Part shown: positions 1 to 9,209 of the stretch, in pieces
Layout: every line of letters starts with the position of its first letter
Position numbering within the stretch: the first letter of the stretch is position 1
Assembly (NCBI GenBank): GCA_043755595.1
Contig: JAYUSQ010000106.1
Coordinates: forward strand, 39,598-103,597
DNA: 64,000 nt
Direction: 5' to 3'
Source of the DNA: Acidobacteriota bacterium
Lineage (GTDB): Bacteria > Acidobacteriota > Terriglobia > Bryobacterales > Bryobacteraceae
Translations under genes and position numbers: made by a program
Notes under the pieces: generated by a model
What the model saw: the letters and a program-made list of their open reading frames with translations, nothing else
What the model was told of the DNA's origin: nothing
Database searches by the model: none

Positions 1-1098
1 AAAATATCCGTGGGGTAGGAGCAATTCAGGTGCGGATGTCCGTCGCGCGAGGCTTGTCCGAAGCGGAGGTTGAAGCTACCCCGCCCGGCTCCCGCCACGT
101 GGGCCCAGACACCGTCAAAGACCTTGCGGCCCTGTTCGTCGGCATTGAAGCCATTGTAGAGATAGGTTCGGAGGAAACGCCCGGATTGCGAGGTGCCGAA
201 CCCCAGGATGCGCTTGTACTTAAAATCGCCCAGGCTGTTGATGCTCGCGATGTCGGAGCCGTATTTGAGGTAGGAAAGGAAATCGCGCATGCCGGTGGGG
301 CCGAGTCCGACCAGCGCCGGGTCTTTGGCGGTGTAGACAACTTCGTAGATCTTGCCGGGCGTCAAGCCGCCTTCGACCGATACGCCGCCGCGGTCGGCCG
401 TGAAGTTCCATTGGGTGCGGGGAATCAAGCGGCGCGCGCCTTCGCAGCGGTCACGAACGGTTAGCTGGGCGGCACGATCGGCGGGGTCGGCCACGAGATA
501 GGGGAGATGGGTGCGATCGGCGAGCGAAAACCCGTCGGAGGGGCCGTCCGGAATATGCTCGGAGCGCACGATGCCGGTGATAGGCTGGCCGTTGTTCGTC
601 GCAACCGGCGAAAAAAGCCGTAGCAGATCCGGCTGATGAGGGACGTCGAACTGCCAGCCCAGCCAGACCAACGTGTAGCCGCGCTCCAGCAGGAACCCGT
701 CGCCAAAATCTTTTTCGTCGCGAGGGTCGCGCGCCGAAGGTGAATCGCTGAACATCCCGATCATGCCTTTGCCGCCCCGGTTGGATACTTCAAAGAGCGC
801 CGTGCCGTTGCCGAGTTTCGGGTCGGTGGGTTTGAGCACGTAGAAATCGGCGGCGAATTCCACGAGACCCTGTTCGTTGCGGGGCGCCAAGTCGATGTCG
901 GTGATCAATTGATTGGCGGACAACTTGGGGTCCAGCGTGAAGTTCACCTTGCCTGTCACGCGCTCATAGGCTCCGGCTTTGCCGAAGGTTTTGCCGCTTA
1001 AGACGTCGGAGCGTTCGAGAGTATGAACACTCTTGACGGCTCCGAAGGCCGCGCATGAGAAAGCAAGTGCTAGGAGGAAGGAACCGCGCCTGACCATT
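1..1098 (-). CDS. Hypothetical secreted protein, partial (C-terminus beyond the window start). The N-terminus reads MVRRGSFLLALAFSCAAFGA, a signal peptide.
   Basis: Manual reverse-strand translation from the ATG at 1096-1098 gives a continuous stop-free frame to position 1 (about 366 aa). It is not in the ORF track because it runs off the window edge. The N-terminus looks like a signal peptide. No family recognised. Confidence 0.6.
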
Positions 1099-1130
1099 CA
1101 GTCCATTAGAGACCCTGAGCCCTGGGTCCG

Positions 1131-1738
1131 TCAAGCTGCTGCTTGCGGCCCGTTGAGCCGCTCCAGTAGCCATAGTAGTTCGCGTTCAAACCGGACGAAG
1201 GAACGCGATCGCCTGGCCAGTTGGAGGTCCAGTTGTCGGGTGAAGAGGAGTTGGTCGACGGTGGGCCGGTAACTTGAGCCAACGTCAGCAATCTTTCGCA
1301 GCCACTCTTTGGCTCCGCGGATTTCCTCGGAATTGCCGGGTGCTTCCAGGCTGGCGGGCAAGCCACGGAAGCCTCGGAAGCCTTCGGCGGCGGCGAGAAA
1401 CCAGGACTCGTATTCGCGGTAAGCGAGGCTTACGGCAACGGGTACGCGGCCAGCCGCCGATTCTGCGCGGCGCAGCAAATGCGGTCCGATCTTAGCCGGC
1501 AATCGTCATCTGCGTCTACCAAAACGAGCACGCCTCCGGAGGCCCCCGCGAACTTCAACGCTACTTGGACGGCTCGTTCGGCTTCACCAGGTTTCATAAG
1601 CCGATGGCGGTCCCAACGGATGGGAGGGTGAACGATTGGCGCACTCACCTTATGATCGATACAGATGCGATGAATAAGCGCCGGAACGGATTTGACTTCG
1701 CCATGACCTTCGACGATGCAACAAAGGCGAACTGGCAT
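1131..1738 (-). pseudogene. Toprim-domain protein (DUF4276-like), disrupted by a frameshift. The N-terminal piece MPVRLCCIVEGHGE...VLVLVDADDD carries the conserved Toprim Glu and DxD motifs.
   Basis: Two overlapping minus-strand ORFs in different frames (1430..1738 and 1131..1502, the latter starting with TTG) together are about 200 aa. The first carries the Toprim signatures (conserved Glu in VEG, DxD in VDADDD). The start lies 6 nt after the upstream ATPase stop. The frame switches within about 1490-1505. Confidence 0.5.
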
Positions 1739-1744
1739 TTCAAA

Positions 1745-2953
1745 TCAATCCGCGTGATCGAATAGTAGCTTCAGTTGTTTCTCGCTGGCGGCAATATCGT
1801 CGAGATCCGGGAAGAGTTGATCGAGGCGGAGTAACTCGCCCGCCGTACACAAACCCTCTCGTAGGGCTTCTCGGCCCACTTGGTTTACTCGCGCAATCTG
1901 ACTCTCGCCTTCAGTGTTCACCACGGCGACAATCGAGTCCGTGGACAATTCCTTGCTGTCCAAAAGATCGGGGCTGTGGCTATTAACAATGACTTGAATT
2001 CTCTCGCTGGCTTCTAATAGCGCGTCGAGCAATAACCCGGCGGCTGCGGGATGCAATGCGGTTTCGGGCTCTTCAATCCCTACAACCCGCACAACCGGCC
2101 CGTCGCCGGATGAGTATTGAAAGAGCGACACGAGCACGCCAAGCGCCCGGAGCGTGCCGTCGGACATATTCGCGGCGTCGAAGCGCCAAGGATATTCGGA
2201 CCCGCCCACAGTCTGACGAAACTCAATCGTTTCTTTGGAGCCCATCGCTTTGACCTCTACGGATTCCACGCCGGGCACGACCTTGATTAAGTACTCTTCA
2301 ATACGTTTCTTACGCTCCGGGGCCTTCCGCGACAGCGCTGCCAGGATGCTCGCCAAGTTGCTTCCATCGCGCCGCAGGAGGAGTGCGGGGTCGGGCGATT
2401 GGAGATCGCGAATCCTGTCGGGATTGAGATTGTAGAAGCCCATGCGCGAGAGGCTCTCGAACACCGGACGAAGAACGGGCCAGCCCGAGGCGAGCGGAAG
2501 ATACAGACGGTCGGAACTAGCCGGCGGCGGCGTGCCAATTAGCCCGCCGTGCTTTGCCAGCCAACCTTTGCGGATGTGATAGAAAGCCGGAGCAATTCCT
2601 GTTACAACACATTCTTCGTTGAGCACCTCGAACCCGCCCGAGGGCTTGGAACCAACATGGAACGAGTAGTGACCTTCGGCGCCTTCGATCACGAAATCGA
2701 AGCGCATGGAAAAGTTGTTCGGATGTCCCGTGGACCGGCGTCTGACTTCGCCAATGCCTCCACGCTCGCGAATAGCGTGGTCGAGCGAATCGCGCAGGGC
2801 ATCGGCGGTAAATCGCAGCGCATCGAGAAAATTACTTTTCCCGGACCCATTAGGTCCGACGAGAAAAGTTAAAGGGCCGAGCGCCAAATCGCAAGCACCG
2901 ATGCTGCGGTAGTTCTTGATGCGAACGCGCTGCAGGAAAACTGGATCCGGCAT
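1745..2953 (-). CDS. AAA family ATPase, ABC/SMC-like (AAA_21/AAA_15-like). It resembles the OLD-family and PARIS AriA ATPase component.
   Basis: 402-aa ORF. Walker A is GPNGSGKSN near the N-terminus. ABC signature-like MSDGTLRALGVL. Walker B / H-loop region VVRVVGIEEPETALHP. ATG at 2951-2953. Confidence 0.8.
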   Translation of the reverse strand: MPDPVFLQRVRIKNYRSIGACDLALGPLTFLVGPNGSGKSNFLDALRFTADALRDSLDHAIRERGGIGEVRRRSTGHPNNFSMRFDFVIEGAEGHYSFHVGSKPSGGFEVLNEECVVTGIAPAFYHIRKGWLAKHGGLIGTPPPASSDRLYLPLASGWPVLRPVFESLSRMGFYNLNPDRIRDLQSPDPALLLRRDGSNLASILAALSRKAPERKKRIEEYLIKVVPGVESVEVKAMGSKETIEFRQTVGGSEYPWRFDAANMSDGTLRALGVLVSLFQYSSGDGPVVRVVGIEEPETALHPAAAGLLLDALLEASERIQVIVNSHSPDLLDSKELSTDSIVAVVNTEGESQIARVNQVGREALREGLCTAGELLRLDQLFPDLDDIAASEKQLKLLFDHAD

Positions 2954-2982
2954 GAGCCTTCGCTTTGAAAGCCGCTCTGCCG

Positions 2983-4020
2983 CTACTGAACCTGTTCAAG
3001 AATGGCGAAGTCGCCCGGGTTCCAGGCTTGCGCGATTACGTAGAGCTTGCCGTTGGTTTCGCGCAAGACGGCGTTGTGAATGTGCAGGAAATTCGGGAGG
3101 CCGAGGTCTTCCTTCACCATCACCGTGGAGACCAGCTTGTCGTCTTCCATGATGTAGATGGGCGCGCCCTTGCTGCGATCCGGCCCGTCGAGTGAGCCGA
3201 CAATGGCGTAGTTGCCTTGATACTGGATATCGCAGGGGAGCGAGCCCAGAGGCATGCGCAAGGTGGATAGATAATGGCCGTGGCGGTTGAAGCGGTCGAT
3301 TTCGGCGTTCGGGCGATCGGCCACATCGATACGTGTGGTTCCCGGCGGAATCGTGATGCCGTGCGACGTGCCGAATTGCCCGGGCAAGGTGCCGCGGCCG
3401 CCCCAGGACAGATCGTTCCACTCGGTGCGCATCGGGTTGGCTCCGGTGATGCGCGCGGTGAGCACCATGTCGAGGTTGGAGTAGCCGGTGGTGATGTAGA
3501 GCAAACCGTTGAGGTGTTCGACGTCGGTCGGAATGAAGTTGCCGCGGCCGAGGAAGTAGTTGTTGGCGGTGACGCTGCCGAGATCTTGCGTGCCGTCCGG
3601 CGCGTTGAGCGTGTTGACCAGCTTGCCGTCAATCGTCGTGATGAACACCTTATTGGCGGCAGTGCCAGGGAAAACCAGATAGGGTGCGCCATCGGGACCT
3701 TCGAAGATGGTGGCGTTGTGCATGGTGGTGTCGCGCATTTCCGGCGCGGTATCGAGCATGCGCGTGGATTTTAGATCCGCTGAAATCTGAATGATCCCGG
3801 CTCCCGGTAAAGCAAAATACGTTTCGCCTTTGCCTGGACGGCGATCGATGGCAAAGCCGCCGTGCGCCGCTTTCAAAACCTTCTGCGCCTCGGCGGGCAG
3901 GTGGGTTGAGTTATAAAGGACGCGGAAGCGCATCTTACCGTTGCCGCTCACGCCGGAGCCTTGTGTCCACGCCAAACCGACCAGAGTCAGGAACAGCGCG
4001 ACGATCCAGAAACGTTTCAT
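2983..4020 (-). CDS. Secreted beta-propeller protein (NHL-repeat-like).
   Basis: 356-aa ORF. The internal start MKRFWIVALFLTLVGLAWTQG gives a signal peptide. Repeated Gly/Asp-rich blade-like segments. Confidence 0.6.
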   Translation of the reverse strand: MKRFWIVALFLTLVGLAWTQGSGVSGNGKMRFRVLYNSTHLPAEAQKVLKAAHGGFAIDRRPGKGETYFALPGAGIIQISADLKSTRMLDTAPEMRDTTMHNATIFEGPDGAPYLVFPGTAANKVFITTIDGKLVNTLNAPDGTQDLGSVTANNYFLGRGNFIPTDVEHLNGLLYITTGYSNLDMVLTARITGANPMRTEWNDLSWGGRGTLPGQFGTSHGITIPPGTTRIDVADRPNAEIDRFNRHGHYLSTLRMPLGSLPCDIQYQGNYAIVGSLDGPDRSKGAPIYIMEDDKLVSTVMVKEDLGLPNFLHIHNAVLRETNGKLYVIAQAWNPGDFAILEQVQ

Positions 4021-4059
4021 TTTGATTGTTATCTTCCCTTTGTCAAGATACACCAGTGG

Positions 4060-5601
4060 CTAGGCTTCGAGCAGGCCGAGTTCGCAGATCGCCTGCAATT
4101 TGTTCTCGAGCGCATCGTCCAGGTGCTCCCGCGCTTCGGCGATTTGTCGCTTGGCTTCGTCCGTTTCCGGCCGGAGCGCGTCCAGCACGGCGGCGAGTTC
4201 CACTTTGAGTTCGTCAACGGTGCGCGTGCCGTCGAGACGCTCCAGCACGAGGCGGCCGAGAGGATCCGGAACCGACACGGCTTCGCAGAATAGATTGGCC
4301 ATGAATTGCTCACCGATTTGCATCCGGGCCAAGGCGCTGGCCCGCGGCCTTTCCGAGACAGCCGCAGCGAGGCGGAACGGGTGGGCGTGGAGTCTGAGGA
4401 AATTCGCTTCGCCCAGTCGGAAGAGATTTTGCCCGAGGAGCTCAAGATTGGCTTGACCGGTGGCTCCGCTCGCGGCGACGAGATCCTGGAAGGAAACGGC
4501 GGCGGGCCACACGGCTCCCAGATGCTCCAGCGCCTTTTGCACGATCGGCTCGCCCACCAGCGCCGATCGCCCGAGCATTCCACCGTAGCGTTTGGCCTCT
4601 GGCGGATCCTCTTCCTTCAAATCCAGCCTTACGGCGGGCGCGGCGAAGTAGAGTTCGGCGACAGGTTCCCAACGGCGGCGCCGGTCGAGTTCCACGCCGT
4701 GATGACAGAGCATAGTGTGGCGGAAGGCGCGGCCGATCAGGAAATCGGCATATTGTTCAAAGGTAACGGCATCGGCGCTCAACGACTCAAGGGCCTGTTT
4801 GACGGGCGCGGGCAGGGAGACGGGCAAGGTCTGGCCGAATTCGGCTTCATTTAGATATTGCAGTCCGTGCCGCGCAGCCAACTGCGCGAACTCGTGGAAG
4901 AAAAAAGGCTGGTTGATGGGGCCGAGTTCATCGTAGAGCAGTACTTCGGGGTGGCTGCGGTTTGCGTGAACGCCCTCGATGAAGCGGTGGTAGGGCGAGT
5001 CCTGGAACGGGGACGCGCGGATGAAATCGATTAAGCCGAGCGACTGGCGGATCCTCGCGGCGGGCTCGGCAATATGACGCGTGTGAATCTGGAGCATGGC
5101 GCGGAGCATGTCGCGTTGAAAACTGCCTGGGTAGGCGTTGTAGCTGAGGTAGGCGACACCTTTGGGCTTCAATAAGGCGCTGCAGATGGTGAGAACGCGT
5201 TCGCGGACGGGCTCCGGCACCCAGGAGAAGAGTCCGTGGGCGAAGATGAAATCGAAATCGCCGTAAGAAGCGTCGACCTCCATCACGTCCGCGCAACGCA
5301 AGGTGACGTTCTTCAGCCCGAGGGCGGCGATTCGGGCATTGCCAATTTCGACGGGCCGCGCGGCGAGGTCGACTCCCACAAACTGGCTACCCGGCAGAGC
5401 GTAGGCGAACGCGATCAGGCTGGTCCCGTCGCCGCATCCAAGTTCGAGCATGCGGCAACTGTCGGGCGCGGCAGTCTCAAGCCCCTTCAATCGCGCCATG
5501 GCCCAGAGTCGGTCCGGCGAACACTGCGTGGCAAGGTAGGGCGGGTAGAGGATGTCGTTGTAGTCTGCGGTGGCGGCGGGCGAGGCTGGTGTCGTCGACA
5601 T
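4060..5601 (-). CDS. Class I SAM-dependent methyltransferase with a C-terminal methyltransferase regulatory domain.
   Basis: 513-aa ORF. SAM-binding motif I is LELGCGDG. The long C-terminal extension is typical of proteins with the MT regulatory domain. Confidence 0.75.
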   Translation of the reverse strand: MSTTPASPAATADYNDILYPPYLATQCSPDRLWAMARLKGLETAAPDSCRMLELGCGDGTSLIAFAYALPGSQFVGVDLAARPVEIGNARIAALGLKNVTLRCADVMEVDASYGDFDFIFAHGLFSWVPEPVRERVLTICSALLKPKGVAYLSYNAYPGSFQRDMLRAMLQIHTRHIAEPAARIRQSLGLIDFIRASPFQDSPYHRFIEGVHANRSHPEVLLYDELGPINQPFFFHEFAQLAARHGLQYLNEAEFGQTLPVSLPAPVKQALESLSADAVTFEQYADFLIGRAFRHTMLCHHGVELDRRRRWEPVAELYFAAPAVRLDLKEEDPPEAKRYGGMLGRSALVGEPIVQKALEHLGAVWPAAVSFQDLVAASGATGQANLELLGQNLFRLGEANFLRLHAHPFRLAAAVSERPRASALARMQIGEQFMANLFCEAVSVPDPLGRLVLERLDGTRTVDELKVELAAVLDALRPETDEAKRQIAEAREHLDDALENKLQAICELGLLEA

Positions 5602-5648
5602 GTAGGCGTCGCTCTGTACAATAACAGTTTCGGGAAGGAGACTTTTTC

Positions 5649-6533
5649 ATGAACCGAAGATCGTTTTTAGTAACTGGGGCCGCGGTGGGCTCTTCGCTGC
5701 AACCGGCCGGTTTGGCTGCACCAGCGCCGGCCGCTGCAGGGCGAGCCCGGCTGCGCACGGCCATCTGCGCGTATTCGTTCCGCGAGGCGTTGGCGAAGAA
5801 GCAGATGACCTATGACGATGTGGTGCGGTGGGCTGTCGACACGCGCGTCGACGGGCTTGATCTCACCGTGTATTGGTTCCCTTCGACCGAGGACGGTTTC
5901 CTGTTGCCGCTGCGCGCGCTGGCGTATCGCAACGGCGTTGAGATCTACTCGATTTCGGTGCGCACCGATATGTGCCGGCCGACTGGAGCGGAACGCGAAG
6001 CGGAGCTGACCAAGCTGAAAAGCTGGGTGGACGTGGCCGCTAAGTTAGGGGCTGGGCACATCCGCGTTTTCGGCGGCGTCGTGCCAAAGGGGCAGACCGA
6101 AGAGGCGGCCACCGATTGGGTCGTGGAGGTGCTGAAGCGCGGCGCCGAGTATGCAGGCTCACGAGGAATTATCCTGGGTCTGGAAAATCATGGCGGCATC
6201 ACGGCGCGGGCCCAGCGGATTGTCGAGATCGTCAAGAAAGTGAATTCGCCGTGGGTGGGTGTGAATCTCGACACCGGGAATTTTGAGAGCGACGCCTATA
6301 ACCAGATCGCGCAGATTCTGCCTTACGCCGTCAACGTGCAATATAAGACCGAGATCAAAGTAGAGGCAGGGAAGAACGAGGCGGCCGATTGGGATAAGTT
6401 GACTAAGATGATCGCCGATTCCGGTTATCGCGGCTATCTGGCGCTGGAGTATGAATCGAAGGAAGACCCGAAGCCGGCGATGCCGCCGTTGCTGGAGAAG
6501 CTGAACGCTCTGGCGCTCAAGTATTCGGGGTGA
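5649..6533 (+). CDS. Sugar phosphate isomerase/epimerase (xylose-isomerase-like TIM barrel) with a Tat signal.
   Basis: 294-aa ORF. Twin-arginine motif MNRRSFLVTGAAVG. TIM-barrel-like core (LGLENHGG...). Confidence 0.8.
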   Translation: MNRRSFLVTGAAVGSSLQPAGLAAPAPAAAGRARLRTAICAYSFREALAKKQMTYDDVVRWAVDTRVDGLDLTVYWFPSTEDGFLLPLRALAYRNGVEIYSISVRTDMCRPTGAEREAELTKLKSWVDVAAKLGAGHIRVFGGVVPKGQTEEAATDWVVEVLKRGAEYAGSRGIILGLENHGGITARAQRIVEIVKKVNSPWVGVNLDTGNFESDAYNQIAQILPYAVNVQYKTEIKVEAGKNEAADWDKLTKMIADSGYRGYLALEYESKEDPKPAMPPLLEKLNALALKYSG

Positions 6534-6904
6534 GCGGGGCCGTGGCGAAGACGGATCGATTTGTCGAGTTCGTGGTCGAGCAGTTTGCGCCGCTCGGCGG
6601 GATCACAGCGCGCGCGATGATGGGCGGTTGGTGTGTGTACTGCGATGGGGCGATTTTTGCGCTGATTGCGGCCGGCGAGGTGTATCTCAAGGGCGATGCG
6701 CTGAATATTCCGCAGTTTGAGGCGCGTGGGTTGCGGGCGTTTCAGCCGTTTCCGGATAAACCCGGCACGATGAAGTATTTTCAGGCTCCGCCGGAGATGT
6801 TTGAGGATGCGGCGGCGATGCGGGAATGGGCTGGCGGAGCGGTGGAGGCAGGACGGCGGGCGGGCGTGAAGAAGAAGGCGGGAGCGGGGAGAAAGAAGAA
6901 GTAG
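6530..6904 (+). CDS. TfoX/Sxy N-terminal domain protein with a Lys-rich tail.
   Basis: 124-aa ORF whose start overlaps the previous stop (GTGA). Motif ARAMMGGWCVYCDGAIFALIAAGEVYLK matches the TfoX_N consensus as recalled. Confidence 0.65.
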   Translation: MSGAVAKTDRFVEFVVEQFAPLGGITARAMMGGWCVYCDGAIFALIAAGEVYLKGDALNIPQFEARGLRAFQPFPDKPGTMKYFQAPPEMFEDAAAMREWAGGAVEAGRRAGVKKKAGAGRKKK

Positions 6905-6914
6905 TTTACTTTTT

Positions 6915-6934
6915 GGCCGCCGATGGCCGCCGAT
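6915..6934. repeat. Perfect 10-bp tandem duplication (ggccgccgat x2) in the convergent intergenic region.
   Basis: Direct reading of 6915-6924 and 6925-6934. Confidence 0.8.
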
Positions 6935-6940
6935 GAAAAA

Positions 6941-7642
6941 TCATTTGGCCAGCTTGAGCCTTCCAAACGCCGAGGGTGTGTGGAAGCTGGGTGAATTGAC
7001 CGGACGCCAGGCGAGATACTTTCGGTTTGGCTCGGCGCCTTCGATGCGATAGAGGTTCAGGCGGTACTCGCTGCCTGCGCGCGGCGAGGTGGCCGAGATC
7101 GATTTCCAGGGGATGCGCATGGCGCAGTACCACAGATTCGTGGCCGGGTCGACGCGACTTACCCACTCAAAGCCGCTGTCCCATTCCCAATCCACTTCCT
7201 TGCCCGCGCGGTCGCGATCGACTTCGAGGTCGACCCACTCATTTTGCGGCGAAACCTCGAACTCTTTATAGCGGCCCACGTGATTCGCCTCCGCTCCTAT
7301 GAAAACCTCGACCACGTCGTAGTCCCATAGGCCCCAGGTTTCCTTCTTCGCCGAAGGATTTGCTTTGAGCCTCATCTTTTCGAATTGGCTGACGAAGAGT
7401 AGGTAAAGGTATTTTTTGCTCCACACCCCACGAATTTCAGTGCGGGCGCCGGCCACTGCTACGCCGTATCTGTCGGACGTAAACACGACCTGTGCCGCAG
7501 CGGACCACGGGGCGGCCGCCGGGTCAGTGGTGAGCGGACGGTCTTTGGCGATCCGAGGGACGACGAACGAGTCTTGGGCTGACGACACTCCGGGGGCGAG
7601 GGCAGCAGCTAAGAGGGCGCGAGCAGCGGCGGCGGCGAACAC
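6941..7642 (-). CDS. Secreted hypothetical protein (CBM9-like / DOMON-like fold suspected).
   Basis: 233-aa ORF. N-terminal signal peptide MFAAAAARALLAAALAPGVSSAQ. Family assignment is weak. Confidence 0.55.
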   Translation of the reverse strand: MFAAAAARALLAAALAPGVSSAQDSFVVPRIAKDRPLTTDPAAAPWSAAAQVVFTSDRYGVAVAGARTEIRGVWSKKYLYLLFVSQFEKMRLKANPSAKKETWGLWDYDVVEVFIGAEANHVGRYKEFEVSPQNEWVDLEVDRDRAGKEVDWEWDSGFEWVSRVDPATNLWYCAMRIPWKSISATSPRAGSEYRLNLYRIEGAEPNRKYLAWRPVNSPSFHTPSAFGRLKLAK

Positions 7643-7645
7643 GCC

Positions 7646-7957
7646 TTATTTTGACAGAATCAGGAAGCCCGATTCCCAACGCCCACCGGACGAGCGATTC
7701 CAGCACACACGCGCGGCGCCTTCGGCCCCGGCATGGCGGAATTGAACCCGCGAACCGGTCTCAAGGATCGGCGAAGAGTGGGAAGCGCGGAAGCCCGAGC
7801 GGCTGGTGTCGAGCAGCAGGCCCGAGATCATACGCGGGACCGGGCCGGCAAGAGCCAAGATCACCTCACCTTGTGACGGGACCCGGGGCTCGATTCTACG
7901 ATCTGCGTCCGAAACGGCGTTCTTGGCCACCACTACTTCTTTGACTGGCATGGGCAT
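7646..7957 (-). CDS. PilZ-domain protein (c-di-GMP receptor).
   Basis: 103-aa ORF carrying both c-di-GMP-binding PilZ motifs, RxxxR (RIEPR) and DxSxxG (DTSRSG), about 28 residues apart. Confidence 0.7.
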   Translation of the reverse strand: MPMPVKEVVVAKNAVSDADRRIEPRVPSQGEVILALAGPVPRMISGLLLDTSRSGFRASHSSPILETGSRVQFRHAGAEGAARVCWNRSSGGRWESGFLILSK

Positions 7958-7983
7958 GATAGACGTTCCTTGTTGTGTTCCCT

Positions 7984-9135
7984 TTACCTGAGCGCAGCCG
8001 CCGAAACCGGCTGCGAAGCCGTTGCGCCGACGCCGAGCGATCGCCCCAACCCGTAGGATTTCAGTTTGCGGCTCAAGGTGCGCGATGAGATGCCGAGCAG
8101 GTGAGCGGCCCGTTCCTGGTGTTGGCCGGTTTGGTCGAGCGCTCGCATGATCGCCTGCCGCTCAAGGTCTTCCAGATTCACACTGGCGCCGGCTGTCGTA
8201 AGCGGACGAGAGGCGGGCATAGAGGCTTGAGCTCCGGACAAAGACGCCGCGAAGGTGGAAAGCTGCGGGGGCGCTTCCTGGCTGACGGGTTCGTAGAACG
8301 ACGTGTCTTCCATCACCAAATCGACCGCCCGTAATTCATTGATATTCATCATCACGGCCGCGCTGACAATCGCATTGCGCAGTTCGCGGACATTGCCCGG
8401 CCACGCGTATTCCAGGATGCGATCTTCGGCGGCAGCCGACAAATAAAATGATGGGTTCTGTTGGCCCAGAAAAAATCGGGCGAGTGCGATTGCGTCCTCC
8501 GGACGGTCTCTGAGCGGCGGCACCTGGATCCTGACCTGGCTGAGGCGATGGTAAAGGTCTGCGCGGAACCGGCCTTCGCGAATCAACTTGGGCAGATCCT
8601 GATTGCTGGCGGCCAGCACGCGCACGTCGACGCTAATCTTTTTGTGCCCGCCGAGGCGATAGTACGGCACACGGTCAAGCACCCGGAGTAGCTTGACTTG
8701 CATCTTCGAGTCAAGCTCACCGATCTCATCGAGGAAAAGCGTGCCCTTGTCGGCGAGTTCAAACAACCCTTGTTTAGGGGAATCGGCGCCGGAGAACGCC
8801 CCCTTTTCATAGCCGAACAGTTCGCTTTCGATCAAATGTTCGGGTAGGGCGCCGCAGTTGATGTCGACCCAAGGCTTCAAATTCCTCGGCGAATAATGAT
8901 GAATCGAACGCGCCACGACCTCTTTGCCGCTCCCGCTTTCGCCTGCAATCAGGACCGACGCTTGGGTTTGCGCGATTCTTTGGGCGCGTACGAGCACCTC
9001 GCGCATACGGGGGCTGGCGATGATGGCATCGATGCCGAGGAAGTTCTGAAGCTCGCTGCGAACGTTCATGGGGAAGTTATGACTTAAGTAGTTATCGGCT
9101 TTCGGCGCGGTTCCATCACGCCCCAGCCGCGCCAT
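7984..9135 (-). CDS. Sigma-54-dependent transcriptional activator (AAA+ domain plus Fis-type HTH) with no N-terminal receiver or regulatory domain.
   Basis: 383-aa ORF. Walker A GESGSGKE. Sigma-54 contact loop [15 protein letters not shown] (GAFTGA variant). C-terminal [21 protein letters not shown]. Only about 55 aa precede the AAA+ core. Confidence 0.85.
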   Translation of the reverse strand: MARLGRDGTAPKADNYLSHNFPMNVRSELQNFLGIDAIIASPRMREVLVRAQRIAQTQASVLIAGESGSGKEVVARSIHHYSPRNLKPWVDINCGALPEHLIESELFGYEKGAFSGADSPKQGLFELADKGTLFLDEIGELDSKMQVKLLRVLDRVPYYRLGGHKKISVDVRVLAASNQDLPKLIREGRFRADLYHRLSQVRIQVPPLRDRPEDAIALARFFLGQQNPSFYLSAAAEDRILEYAWPGNVRELRNAIVSAAVMMNINELRAVDLVMEDTSFYEPVSQEAPPQLSTFAASLSGAQASMPASRPLTTAGASVNLEDLERQAIMRALDQTGQHQERAAHLLGISSRTLSRKLKSYGLGRSLGVGATASQPVSAAALR

Positions 9136-9209
9136 TCCCTTCCTTAATCGCCTCAGCGCGGGCCGAGCGATCGTCTTAGTCCCTTAGACGCTCTGGTTTC
9201 AATCTCCTG

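Noticed and set aside
30-464. 144-aa plus-strand ORF at the window start.
   Set aside because: It lies antisense to a continuous minus-strand ORF carrying a signal peptide and running from 1098 to the window edge. It is a typical high-GC antisense artefact.
6530-6904. The TfoX_N-like ORF, considered as a possible mis-call of the overlapping minus-strand ORF 6781..6966.
   Set aside because: The plus frame has the TfoX_N consensus and a translational-coupling overlap with the upstream gene. The minus ORF is a short, low-complexity antisense frame.
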